Assembly (NCBI GenBank): GCA_950097015.1
Contig: CATNEN010000029.1
Span: 8,122,001-8,186,000, forward strand
Reading direction: 5' to 3'
DNA from: Macrostomum hystrix
Lineage: Eukaryota > Animalia > Platyhelminthes
Length of the DNA stretch: 64,000 bases
The notes below the pieces were generated by a model. That model was not told the DNA's origin, did not search any database, and worked only from the letters and a program-made list of their open reading frames with translations. Position numbers and translations under genes: made by a program. Shown here one piece after another: positions 8,046-20,713 of the stretch. Position 1 is the stretch's first letter, and every line of letters begins with the position of its first letter.

Positions 8046-11000
8046 ATGGAGTTTAGCGAGGAGCAAGTCGAGGCGGTGCTGCACAGCTTCTATAGTTCTG
8101 GTTACACTGTTGATGCCAACCAGTGGCTAATGTCCGCCCAGATATCCGACTGCGGCTGGGAATTCTCTTGGAAATTCTTGCAGCCGGACAAGCCGGACTA
8201 TGTGCAATTCTTCGGCGCCTGCACCCTTTGCACCAAGATTATTCACAGCGGCCGGGCTCTGGACATAGACAAGGCCGTGGAGCTGCGAACCTCGCTCCTA
8301 GGCAAACTGCTTGAATGCAGCGAGTACGCCAATCACGCTGTTGTATCAAAATTGTGCATAGCTGTAGCTCATTTAGCTTTCTACATGAGCCCAGATCACT
8401 GGCCTGGCGTAGTAGAGTCCATTGTGGACTATATCCAGGCCGGCAGTCGAGGCAAATCCCAAGCGGCCAGTGTGAAAGCGATCTGCGCGCTGACCGAATT
8501 GCTGCGCATCATTCCCGAAGAGTTCTGCGCCGTACTGCTTCCAGCGCAGAAGCGAGCCGCCGTTAAAGAAGATTTAGAAGCCGGTGTACCTCGTATTATG
8601 GCCTACTTTCGTGAGATCCTCAGCACTGGTCTCTGTCCGAAGCAGGTGTATTGCAGCGGCATCAATGCCCTGTCCGCCTGGCTGCAGTTCTCGGTGCCAA
8701 TCGATGACAGCGTCGACCTGGTGCTACTCGTATTCCAGGTAATTATGCCAAAATGTCTCTTCAGGGAATTTCACACACACTATCGATAAACACTACGGAG
8801 AGGGCTTGTAGATTTTCTGGTACCAGCTGTAAGAGTTTTTGGGTTGATTACAGCGCGATACACGAGTAGGCATTGGAACACAGATACTTGGCTTATAACA
8901 CTGTTTAGGCCAGCCTTTTCTCCGCAGCTGCGCCGCAAACACAGACATTGAATCATGCCACCCTCTATATAGTTTGATTACTCGACTTACAAATGGCAGT
9001 TTTTTCTGTCTTTTGAGTTTATCATAGTACTACTCGTATTCAAGTGAAAAAAACCAACCCGGCCTTCACCAGGCTCTACACGACGCCGATCTATTCGAAG
9101 AGGCAGTCGAATGCCTGTGCAACATCTTCGCCCATCCGAGTATGCACAAATTCCCCGGCGCAGTTGGCGCTCTTCTGCCCTACATTGTTGGCCTCAGCGA
9201 CTGTTTAGAGAAAGCCCTGGCAGACGGCTCCGATACTGCTCAAGGCCTATGTCGGCTGGTTACAACTGTGTGCGAGAATCAGTGCCGCCTGCTGCTGGAC
9301 ATGTGCTACCACGGCGATACGGACCTCACCTACAAGCTGCTGGCCATGGTGCTGCGATGTACAGATGCGCCCGGCCGGTTTCCTACGGATGAGCGAGTGT
9401 CCGATTCAGCTTTGTACTTCTGGTACCTGCTGCAGGACGAGCTGACTTCCTGCGATGAGAGCAAGTGGAGCCACCTGGTTGGCCTGTTTCAGGTGGGCAA
9501 CCGTCATGCTTATTTGTTTCATGCTAGCTACTTGTCAAGTCTCTCACCCAGTCACTTGTCCAGTCTCTCACCCTCGCCTTTCCCATCTCACCCTCGCCTT
9601 ACCCATCTCACCCTCGCCTTACCCATCTCACCCTCGCCTAGCACAATCTCACCCTCGCCTTACCCATCTCACCCTCGCCTAGCACAATCTCACCCTCGCC
9701 TAACACAATCTCACCCTCGCCTTACCCATCTCACCCTCGCCTTACCCATCTCACCCTCGCCTTACCCATCTCACCCTCGCCTTACCCATCTCACCCTCGC
9801 CTTACCCAGGACGCGTACATGCGCCTCGTGGTGGTGCTTCTGCGCAAATGCCAACTACCCGACGATGCGGCCGAAGCCGAGATTAGCGAAGACGATCGAG
9901 AAAAATTTCGTTGCTACCGCGAAGACATTGGCGACACATTCATGTACGCCTACAACATTCTGAAGGCCAGCCTGTTCCAGTGGGTCTACAGCCTGTTACA
10001 GAGCTTCTGCGGCCCTGACTACACTCCGCCCTGGCAGCATGTTGAATCTGTGCTATTCCTCATACAAGCCATCGCCGAGAATGTGGTTGACAATGACACT
10101 CACGATGCCGAGCTGCGCGACATCTTCGCCCTACTGCCTCGGCTGCCCCTGAGTGCCCACGTTCGCTGCATTCAGGCCGCACTGGACATGATCAGCGCGT
10201 ATCAGGAGTGGATGTGCGACAATCCCTACGTGCTGAATAACGTCCTACCCACTGTGCTCCGCTGTCTGGAGCTGGGCGGCGAGCTGGGGGCCAGCGCTGG
10301 CAAGGCTTTGCGCAACATCTGCCAGATCAATCAGCTGCAGGTGAGTTGACAGAGATGTGCATGCCTCAATAGTTTCTACTGTAAAGTATTAAAGTATACC
10401 ATATCTTTTTTCTACAGCAGCGAATGCATCCATCGTTAAAGCGAGTTTAGAAGTCGTTCTCCAGTATTTCCCAGGCTATTGGCTTGCATGTTCTTTCAAT
10501 AGATCTGCTTGCTCGGATTTGCTGATCCTTCATATATTTCAAGTTTTTTTCTGATCCTAATATTTAATCTGTACTTCCTAATTCTTAAGTTCTTCCTAAT
10601 TCTTCAGCTGTTCTTCTTAATCTTTAGCTGTTCTTCTTAATTCTTCAGCTGTTCTTCTTAATCTTTAGCTGTTCTTCTTAATTCTTCAGCTGTTCTTCTT
10701 AATTCTTCAGCTGTTCTTCTTAATTCTTCAGCTGTTCTTAATTCTTCAGCTGTTCTTCTTAATTCTTCAGCTGTTCTTCTTAATTCTTCAGCTGTTCTTA
10801 ATTCTTCAGCTGTTCTTAATTCTTCAGCTGTTCTTCTTAATTCTTCAGCTGTTCTTAATTCTTCAGCTGTTCTTAATTCTTCAGCTGTTCTTCTTAATTC
10901 TTCAGCTGTTTTTCTTAATTCTTCAGCTGTTCTTCTTAATTCTTCAGCTGTTCTTCTTAATTCTTCAGCTTTTCTTCCGATTCTTCAGCTGTTCTTCCTC

Positions 11001-14000
11001 ATTCTTCAGCTGTTCTTCTTAATTCTTCAGCTGTTCTTCCTGATTCTTCAGTAGTTATTCTTAATTCTTCAGTCGTTCTTCCTGATTCTTCAGTTGTTCT
11101 TCCTGATTCTTCAGTTGTTCTTCCTGATTCTTCAGTTGTTCTTCCTGATTCTTCAGTTGCTCCTCCTGATCCTTCAGCTGTTACTCCCGATCCATTAGTT
11201 GTTCCTCTCGATTCTTCAAGGCTGCTTCGCACAAGCCCTATGCAAAGCTCTAGGATCGCTGAGGCCTCTGACTTGTGAGCTGCATCACGGCCTGGTCGTT
11301 GCCATTCCAGGGAAGTGGATGCCCAACAGACATGGCCCTTTCGACCAGAGCGCAGTCCACTGCAGCAACAGCAGACTGGCCGCTATTCAATGAGAGAGTG
11401 TAAGTTAATCGAGCAGCCTTTCGATCGGCTACAAGGTGATGCGAGCCGTTTGAACAGTGAGGCACAGTCGACTGTGCGAGTACTGTTTGTCTCTCCTGAG
11501 GTTTGTAATTAGAGAGTCTGTTGCTAGGATTATTCCATCTTCCCCTAAATTTCGGTGGCGTAATAATTTTATATAGATTCTGACTTAGACAAAGACAGTC
11601 AATCTATATGGTCAACATCCTCGCAGATGCTGCCCCACGGCCCTGCCATTCTTGACTGCCTGTCAAACGTGCTGACAATGCAAAATCTGCCACCTGCCGA
11701 TGCCAACCGGCTGATGTGCTGCGTAGGCTACACAGTCTCCGTGCTGCCCCGCGACACCATGATTGTCTACCTGGACAAGATCTGCTCTCCCCAGCTGCAG
11801 CAGCTGTGCGACGCCTGCGGTCTGGGCCTCGACGACGCTTCGGACGAGCAGCAGCAGCAGCAGCAGCCGCCGCAACAGCAGGACGTGAATTGCAAGGTGC
11901 TTATCTTGAACAAGCTGAAACTGTTCGGCTGGCTGTTCACTGCCATGCAGAAGAACAATCCGGCGCCGCCTCCGCCTAGCTCAGCTGGCGGCTCCGGCCG
12001 ACGCAACAGCGACGTGCCAAATCTAGGCGACGACGACGATGATGTTGGCGAAAGCTCCTCCGATGCTGACCTGCCGCAGCTGTCCGCGCCTCACGTTGGC
12101 GTGCTGTGGCTGCTGGATAAACTGCTCAGGCCCATCGAGCGGGTCACTAGAATCTACGTTGGCGACCGCGAACTGATGGAGGCTGTGTTCGACCTGTTCA
12201 AATGGGCGCTCAGGGCCACCCAGCTGGAGTTCGAGCCGCTAATTGGCACCCTGACTAGCTTCGTTATCCAGGCCTATTCGGAGATGCCGCAGAGTGTCCT
12301 GCTAGACCTTGCCAAGCAGATCATTATCTGCTTTCACTCGAGCGCACCTCACAGCCACACTGTCAGCGGCCTGCTGACCAGCGTGGCTGGCCGCACCCTG
12401 CAGCATCTGCGCGATGCCGAGGCTCAGAACTGCGTAGGCCAGAGTACGGACATCATCGACAGCTTCCTCAGCCTCATGTATCACGTGATTCGCCGCGCCT
12501 CCGGCTCAATGCACCTGCAGCAGCTTGTGGACATGGACTCCGTGTTCAAGGTGAGCAATTAATATTCGCTTCTCAATTAGTTATGCCCCCATCTCTAAAA
12601 GGATATCCTTTCGTTATACCCATGGTTACTTTTATATCTGCCTGTTGTGTTTGACACCTGGGGGAAGCTTGTAGTCTCTAGAGCTTCGTACTTCAAATAG
12701 TTGTGAGTTCACGAGTTCAAATCTCCTGCTCAGCCTATTAGAAGCAATTTGTATCATTTGGAGCAACACACTTAATTGTCAAGTGCTTCAGTTCATACAG
12801 CTGTAAAGTGGGTACCAGCATCAACAGAGGTAATAATTAGGCTAAGATGTCGCGGCCTCTGCAATAGCAGCCCATTCTATTCCTTCATCCGTTGGGATAG
12901 ATTAGCAATCCATTATATTCAAGTGTACTTGAATGTAATGGCTGTACACTTGGTCCAACTAGGCTAAGTAATTTCTATCTATCTCGCTATCTTTGAAATG
13001 TGTTAATTTCAATCTACCTGTTATCCTCCCTACAAGCATGTCTCTAAAACTCCCTACAAACATCTCACTTCAAATCCCTACAGCCATCTCCCTTCAACTC
13101 CCTACAACCATCTCCCTTTAACTCCATACAACCATCTCCCTTCAACTCCCTACAACCATCTCCCTTCAAATCCCTACAACCATCTCCCTTCAACTCCCTA
13201 CAGCCATCTCCCTTCAAATCCCTACAAGCATCTCCCTTCAACTCCCTACAAGCATCTCCCTTCAACTCCCTACAAGCATCTCCCCTCAACTCCCTACAAG
13301 CATCTCTCTTTAACTCCCTTCAAGCATCTCCCTTCAACTCCCTTCAAGCATCTCCCTTCAACTCCCTTCAAGCATCTCCCTTTAACTCCCTGAGTCCCTA
13401 CAAGCATCTCCCTTCAACTCCCTTCAAGCATCTCCCTTTAACTCCCTTCAAGCATCTCCCTTCAACTCCCTTCAAGCATCTCCCTTTAACTCCCTACAAC
13501 CATCTCCCTTCAAATCCCTACAACCATCTCCCTTCAAATCCCTACAACCATCTCCCTTCAAATCCCTACAACCATCTCCCTTCAAATCCCTACAAACATC
13601 TTCCTTCAACTCCATACAAACATCTCCCTCAAATCCCTACAACCATCTCCCTTCAAATCCCTACAAACATCTTCCTTCAAATCCCTACAAACATCTCCCT
13701 TCAACTCCCTGAGTCCCTACAAGCATCTCCCTTCAACTCCCTTCAAGCATCTCCCTTTAACTCCCTTCAAGCATCTCCCTTCAACTCCCTTCAAGCATCT
13801 CCCTTCAACTCCCTACAAGCATCTCCCTTTAACTCCATACAACCATCTCCCTTCAACTCCCTACAACCATCTCCCTTCAAATCCCTACAACCATCTCCCT
13901 TCAACTCCCTACAGCCATCTCCCTTCAAATCCCTACAAGCATCTCCCTTCAACTCCCTACAAGCATCTCCCTTCAACTCCCTTCAAGCATCTCCCCTCAA

Positions 14001-15385
14001 CTCCCTACAAGCATCTCTCTTTAACTCCCTTCAAGCATCTCCCTTCAACTCCCTTCAAGCATCTCCCTTCAACTCCCTTCAAGCATCTCCCTTTAACTCC
14101 CTGAGTCCCTACAAGCATCTCCCTTCAACTCCCTTCAAGCATCTCCCTTTAACTCCCTTCAAGCATCTCCCTTCAACTCCCTTCAAGCATCTCCCTTTAA
14201 CTCCCTACAACCATCTCCCTTCAAATCCCTACAACCATCTCCCTTCAAATCCCTACAACCATCTCCCTTCAAATCCCTACAACCATCTCCCTTCAAATCC
14301 CTACAAACATCTTCCTTCAACTCCATACAAACATCTCCCTCAAATCCCTACAACCATCTCCCTTCAAATCCCTACAAACATCTTCCTTCAAATCCCTACA
14401 AACATCTCCCTTCAACTCCCTGAGTCCCTACAAGCATCTCCCTTCAACTCCCTTCAAGCATCTCCCTTTAACTCCCTTCAAGCATCTCCCTTCAACTCCC
14501 TTCAAGCATCTCCCTTCAACTCCCTACAAGCATCTCCCTTCAACTCCCTACAACCATCTCCCTTCAAATCCCTACAACCATCTCCCTTCAAATCCCTACA
14601 ACCATCTCCCTTCAAATCCCTACAACCATCTCCCTTCAAATCCCTACAAACATCTTCCTTCTACTCCCTACAAACATCTCCCTCAAATCCCTACAACCAT
14701 CTCCCTTCAAATCCCTACAAACATCTTCCTTCAAATCCCTACAAACATCTCCCTTCAACTCCCTACAAACATCTCCCTCAAATCCCTACAAACATCTTCC
14801 TTCAAATCCCTACAAACATCTCCCTTCAACTCCCTACAAACATCTCCCTCAAATCCCTACACGTATCTCCCTTCAATTCCCACATAACCATCCCAGGTGG
14901 CACTGTGCGGCCTCAGTCTGCCTGAGCTGAGTACGCTGAAGACGGCCTGTCTGCTCCTAGTTGAATTCATCTCCCACTGCGATCGGTACAATGGCAAAGC
15001 CGTGCTGATGGCTCACATGCGCGCCCTCTGCCACCGCATAGTCCGGGCAATCGGCGGTGATTCGCCTCGCTTCGCCGTTGACCACCTGGCCACCGTCTTG
15101 CTGTGCCTGGTGCGCAGCTTCCCTGCTGAAGCCCGGCGCTGTCTGGCCGAACTCCTGGCCGGCCCGGACTACCCGACGCCGCGCGTCACCGAAGCCGAGA
15201 AGGCCGCCTTCCTTAACGACATCATCCGGCATCGGGGCAGTAAGAAGATGGTCAAACGCGAGATTATGAACTTTGGACTGCGCTGCCGCGGACTGTACGG
15301 TACGCAATACGCTCTCGAAACTGCTAGCTCGATGGCTATGGTGTCCGGCGATAGCGGCGGCGGCGGCGGCGAAGGCTCGCCGTAA
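8046..15385 (+). CDS. IPO13: Importin-13 (karyopherin beta family), 5 coding exons: 8046-8738, 9073-9492, 9810-10340, 11627-12550, 14897-15385; about 1,018 aa
   Basis: All junctions are GT-AG and phase 0. N-terminal importin-beta motifs (ANQWL..AQ.S..GW, VQFFGACTL). The C-terminal KKMVKREIMNFGLRCRGLYGTQY resembles the importin-13 C-terminus. Confidence 0.9.
9565..9809 (+). repeat. 20-bp minisatellite (tctcaccctcgccttaccca) whose last unit supplies the exon 3 acceptor AG
   Basis: About 12 units; ends ...gccttacccAG|GACGCG at 9808-9809. Confidence 0.95.
10575..11220 (+). repeat. 21-bp minisatellite (ttcttcttaattcttcagctg) in IPO13 intron 3
   Basis: About 30 units, some 18 bp, degenerating toward 11220. 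Confidence 0.95.
12660..12890 (+). mobile_element. Degenerate tRNA-derived CORE-like SINE (family B)
   Basis: gagttcaaatc B-box, then caacacacttaa...ttcagttcatacagctgtaaagtgggtaccagcat, homologous to the copies at 33.1 and 34.0 kb. Confidence 0.55.
13030..14885 (+). repeat. 24-bp minisatellite (aagcatctcccttcaactccctac) with a 711-bp higher-order duplication, abutting the IPO13 exon 5 acceptor
   Basis: About 75 units. A rare tgagt variant at 13391/14102 and 13710/14421 gives two equal 711-bp spacings. Confidence 0.95.
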
Positions 15386-16546
15386 ACTTGGCCTAGCAAA
15401 GCGGAAGCTCATTTTCGATAGCTAGTTAGATGACGAGGCATTTGTGGTCTTAGTTACTTATGCCGTTTACCTAAGAAATATGTCTATTAAAGAGATTACT
15501 GAGAGTGAAAAATGTCGCTCTAAAGTTATTTCGATTAAAATTTATTCTCCCTTTTCTAACTTCCGTCCCCCATTCCGCAACATAGCAATGTGTTTTTTCT
15601 AAGTGAATTTCGTCTTTAATCAGGAGTTACAAATTTCGAATATTTCAACTTTAGCTGTTTTCTTTCGATGTTTCGACTTCGAGTGAAATTGATTAAAGAG
15701 ACAAATCGTTGATAAATGTGGCCTAGCTATAAATTTCAATTCATTTTTTACTGTTCAATTTAGTATTGTTTCAACAGTGTTTAATTTTAATTCGAAAATC
15801 CGTGTTCTGTGGCGTTGGGATTTTAACTAGATAGTCCCGCGTCGGCATTTATTATTAGAAAATGCCAGTTTTCCGTTGTGTTTCATACAAGTTATCTCTC
15901 TGTTAGTCTATCTATCGCCTTTCCAGACAGTTAGTTATAAATCGCCTTATGATCAGCTTATTTGGTTTGATCGCAAGCCAATAGATTTCAAACTACTTTA
16001 TTGGAAATCGTTTTTCCAAGCCTCTTACTGTGTTTTCCTATTCTCCATATTCATATTGTGTTTTTATGCCTGATCACGCGAACCTTCATTGAATGAAAAA
16101 CTTTGAAAATTGTCTGCTTCTCAATAGTCAATCCTTTTTTCTTTAAATTTTTAATTTTTAATAAAAAAAAATTTTTTGTGCCGTATGCGCCTAGCCGCTT
16201 ACTTGCAGTAGCCACTAGAGCTTATTCGGCAATTACTAAATTGGATCGCTAACTAAACTAATTCTAGAAGCCTTTTTCTGTTCGCATCGGCGCCTACGTT
16301 GTCCATTTGGGTATGTGGTTTTTGGCCACTGTTTTGTTGGTGTTGCTGTTCATATTTTTTGTTGCTACTATGGCTTGAAAGTGTCTCTCTAATTTGGTCC
16401 TTCCAACGTTGTTTGTGCATGTACAAATAAATCTTGAAATCTATGCCTACCATTAAATTTATTTCTGCAAGCGAAACGCCGCAAATTATATTCTGCCGTA
16501 TTATAAGGTCTCATACTTTACTTCTTCTATACGATTAATCACTTCT

Positions 16547-17425
16547 ATGATCACTCTCCCATCACTACAATGGTTACTCCCCATCCGATGGTCACTCTCC
16601 CTCTCACTCCGGCGGTCACTCTCCCTCTCACTCCAACGGTCACTCTCCCTCTCACTCCGACGGTCACTCTCCCTCTCACTCCGACGGTCACTCTCCCTCT
16701 CACTCCGACGGTCACTCTCCCTCTCACTCCGACGGTCACTCTCCTTCTCACTCCGACGGTCACTCTCCTTCTCACTCCGACGGTCACTCTCCCTCTCACT
16801 CCGATGGTCACTCTACCTCTCACTCCGACGGTCACTCTCCCTCTCACTCCGACGGTCACTCTCCCCACCACTCGAATAGTCACTCTCCCAATCACTCCAA
16901 TGGTCACTCTCCCATCATTACAATGGTTACTCCCTATCCGATGGTCACTCTCCCTATCACTCCGGCGGTCACTCTCCCTCTCACTTCGACGGGCACTCTC
17001 CCTCTCACTCCGACGGTCACTCTCCCCATCACTCGAATAGTCACTCTCCCAATCACTCCAATGGTCACTCTCCCATCATTACAATGGTTACTCTGTATCC
17101 GATGGTCACTCTCCCTCTCACTCCGGCGGTCACTCTCCCTCTCACTCCGGTGGTCACTCTCCCTCTCACTCCGACGGTCACTCTCCCTCTCACTTCGACG
17201 GGCACTCTCCCTCTCACTCCGACGGTCACTCTCCCTCTCACTCCGACGGTCACTCTCCCCATCACTCGAATAGTCACTCTCCCAATCACTACAATGGACA
17301 CTCCCCATCACTCCAATGGTCACTCTCCCATCACTCGAAAAGTCACTCTCCCAAATACTCCAATGGTCACTCTCCCCATCACTCCAACGGTCACTCTCCC
17401 CATCACTCCAATGGTCACTCTCCCC
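16547..17425 (+). repeat. 24-bp minisatellite (cggtcactctccctctcactccga) directly upstream of the ANKRD16 first-exon acceptor
   Basis: About 36 units with subrepeats; ends ...cactctccccttgtttgcAG at 17434-17435. Confidence 0.95.
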
Positions 17426-17435
17426 TTGTTTGCAG

Positions 17436-19844
17436 CCTCCCAAACAGACCAGACGCCGCCAACTAGACACGCTGCTTCGCCTCGCACAGCAGGGCGACTT
17501 TGAAGCATTCGCCGCCGAATCATCTGACGCCGATAGCGACGGTAGTTCCGCCGCGCCATGGTGGCTGTCGGCTTTTCATCGGGACTCCGGTGACTCGGTG
17601 ATCACAGTGTCCGGCAGGTCGGACAGTGTGCGCCTGCTGGACCACCTGCTGTCTAGGAGCGCCGACTTTGCTGGACAGTCGAATTTCGACGGAAAACGAG
17701 CGCTGCACGAGGCGGCGCAGGCTGGGGCACTAGCCGCCGCTGATTGGTTGTTGACTGTTGCTAGGTGCGTCATGTCCCCAGGTGCTATCATTTATTTCTT
17801 GTTTACTTTCATCCGATCACTCCAACGTGGTTCTATGCGTTTTAATAACCCTCTGACTAATTCAATTGGCAACAATTGTGTACTGTACCAACGGTAAAGT
17901 GAGATAAACACAACTATTTCTATTAAGACAGGCACAATTCAGACTCCAGTCTTGGCATGCTCCAATGGATTGCCTAAAGCGACCGCAGTTTCAGATAAGA
18001 CCTGAGTATTGAGTAGTTTGTCCTTGCTCTATTTTAAGGAGACTACCTACTTATGTTAGCTGTGGTGGTACAAACTCGCTATTTTCCTTGCCTATTTAGG
18101 TTTTCTCCCACTGTAATGTAACGTCATCGCTGTCCGTTCTACGAGCATACCTGTAATTTTCTATTCGCTTCTTTCGCCTCACTACTGGTCGAATTTCCCG
18201 ATGTTACAGTTTAGCAAACCGGTTTTGATTTTGATTCATCCGGTAACTAATCCGGTATCTGTTGCATTTCGTAACGCAAATCCGGTTTTTCATCCAGCAA
18301 CACTGCCACTACCGGAATAGACAATGCTACCGGATTTGACTTTCGCGCACCGGTCGAGCGTACCGGTGGAGTGAGCAAGTGATGCTCCCTACAAGCATCT
18401 CCCTTCAACTCCCTACAAGCATCTGCCTTCAACTCCCTACAAGCATCTGCCTTCAACTCCCTTCAAGCATCTCCCTTCAACTCCATACAAGCATCTGCGT
18501 TCAACTCCATACAAGCATCTGCGTTCAACTCCCTACAAGCATCTCCCTTCAACTCCCTACAAGCATCTGCCTTCAACTCCCTATAAGCATCTGCCTTCAA
18601 CTCCCTACAAGCATCTGCCTTCAACTCCCTACAAGCATCTCCCTTCAACTCCATACAAGCATCTGCCTTCAACTCCCTACAAGCATCTCCCTTCAACTCC
18701 CTACAAGCATCTGCCTTCAACTCCCTACAAGCATCTGCCTTCAACTCCCTACAAGCATCTCCCTTCAACTCCCTACAAGCATCTCCCTTCAACTCCATAC
18801 AAGCATCTGCCTTCAACTCCCTACAAGCATCTCCCTTCAACTCCCTACAAGCATCTGCCTTCAACTCCCTACAAGCATCTGCCTTCAACTCCCTACAAGC
18901 ATCTGCCTTCAACTCCCTACAAGCATCTCCCTTCAACTCCCTACAAGCATCTCCCTTCAACTCCCTACAAGCATCTGCCTTCAACTCCCTACAAGCATCT
19001 CCCTTCAACTCCCTACAAGCATCTCCCTTCAACTCCCTTCAAGCATCTCCCTTCAACTCCCTTCAAGCATCTCCCTTCAACTCCCCGCAGGGTGCCAGTG
19101 GATCCGCTAAAGCGCGCCGACTGGACCCCGCTAATGCTGGCTAGCGCAAAGCCGTGCTCAGCTATGCTCAGCCTACTGCTGTCGCACGGTGCCCGGCCTG
19201 ACTTGGTCAACAAAGACGGCTGGACGCCTTTCCATCTGGCCTGCCGGGTGGGCGACGCCGCCTGCTTCCGCTGCCTGCTGCAGGCCGATCCCGCACAGGC
19301 CACCCGGCCAGCCCGCAACCTTCGAACTGCAGCGCACACTCTGGCTCTTCACGGCCACGCCGATCTGCTTGTTGAACTCCTGGCTAGCCGGCCTGGGCTG
19401 TCCGACTGCGTCGACTCGTGCGGCTGCACGCCAGCCATGGAGGCCTGCAAATCCGACAGTGTCGCCTGCCTTCGCGTCATTCTAGACTGCATCGGCGGCG
19501 ACAATTGCGTGAACACCACTGTCGACGCTACCGGTTACACCTGCCTGCACCATGCTGCAGTCTGCGGCAGTGCGGAGGTTGCCCGCTACCTTTTTAGCCT
19601 AGTTGATTCGGCGGACAATACTGGCAAGACTCGGGACTGCGTCACGCCTTTGCATTTGGCCTGCAGAGAGGGCCAATCTGAGCTGGTTCGGCTGCTGCTG
19701 ATGCCGCGGTCAGTTGGCGGCGGTGGCGCCGATGTCAGCCGGCTTGACGCCCGAGGTCGGTCGGCTCGGGATTACGCCTCGATGCGGCGCGTTTCGGAGA
19801 AGTGTCTCAGTCTGCTTATGGAGGCCGAGCGAGAACACAGTTAG
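17436..19844 (+). CDS. ANKRD16: Ankyrin repeat domain-containing protein 16; exons 17436-17764 and 19091-19844; initiator Met not found
   Basis: NFDGKRALHEAAQAG ... DPLKRADWTPLMLA ... NKDGWTPFHLACRVGD match the ANKRD16 signature (KRPLHEAA, LKKADWTPLMMA, NKDGWNSFHIA). The phase-2 junction AG|G is consistent; 360 codons. Confidence 0.85.
18384..19088 (+). repeat. 24-bp minisatellite of the same family as 13030-14885, running into the ANKRD16 exon 2 acceptor
   Basis: About 29 units of aagcatct(c/g)ccttcaactccctac; ends ...cttcaactccccgcAG at 19089-19090. Confidence 0.95.
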
Positions 19845-20078
19845 GGATTGGGACACGCGCCTTGAAAAAACAGGCCACGGGCCAGAAATGCGCCAGTCTG
19901 AACATGTGCCTTTTTGCATAATAGTGAAGCGAATTTGTTTCCTTAAAAACTTTCACACAATCTTGTGTAGTCTGAAATCTATTAAAATGCGAATTCTTGT
20001 TATCTCAACGCCCTAGTTTCATTTTGATTTCATTTTGAAACTGACTAAAATCGAACAGAATCAGTATTACTCAGTATA

Positions 20079-20658
20079 GTAGGTTCAGGATGGGCTGGAT
20101 TGAGTAGGTTCAGGATGGGCTGAATTGAGTAGGTTCAGGATGGGCTGAATTGAGTAGGTTCAGGATGGCCTGGATTGAGTAGGTTCAGGATGGGCTGTAT
20201 TGAGTAGGTTCAGGATGGGCTGGATTGAGTAGGTTCAGGATGGGCTGGATTGTGTAGGTTCAGGATGGGCTGGATTGAGTAGGTTCAGGATGGCCTGGAT
20301 TGAGTAGGTTCAGGATGGGCTGGATTGAGTATGTTCAGGATGGGCTGGATTGAATAGGTTCAGGATGGGCTGGATTGAGTAGGTTCAAGATGAGCTGGAT
20401 TGAGTAGGTTCAAGATGGGCTGGATTGAGTAGGTTCAGGATGGGCTGGATTGAGTAGGTTCAAGATGAGCTGGATTGAATAGGTTCAAGATGAGCTGGAT
20501 TGAATAGGTTCAGGATGGGCTGGATTGTGTAGGTTCAGGGTGGGCTGAATTGAGTAGGTTCAGGATGGGCTGGATTGAGTAGGTTCAGGATGGGCTGGAT
20601 TGAGTAGGTTCAGGATGGGCTGGATTGAGTATGTTCAGGATGGCCTGGATTGAGTAGC
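20079..20658 (+). repeat. 25-bp minisatellite (gtaggttcaggatgggctggattga) between ANKRD16 and EHMT
   Basis: About 23 units; ends about 25 nt upstream of the acceptor at 20684-20685. Confidence 0.95.
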
Positions 20659-20713
20659 TTCAGTCTCTAATTGCTGTTGTTGCAGCCAAGCTCACACTTG
20701 CTGTCTCCAAGCC

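Noticed and set aside
16253-16453. Minus-strand ORF vaguely resembling the C-terminus of a CR1/L2-type LINE ORF2
   Set aside because: Similarity is only impressionistic; it needs an HMM search.
18200-18375. Cluster of (a/t)ccgg motifs resembling DNA-transposon subterminal repeats next to the 24-bp array
   Set aside because: No TIR pair or TSD could be identified.
13065-19032. ORFs made of ELKGDACR, VTLPLTPT, SLSLRR and similar repeats
   Set aside because: Translations of non-coding 24-bp minisatellites; unit length divisible by 3 keeps frames open by chance.
20079-20658. Regular 25-bp and 47-bp arrays as CRISPR-like
   Set aside because: No unique spacers, no cas genes, eukaryotic context; simple tandem repeats.
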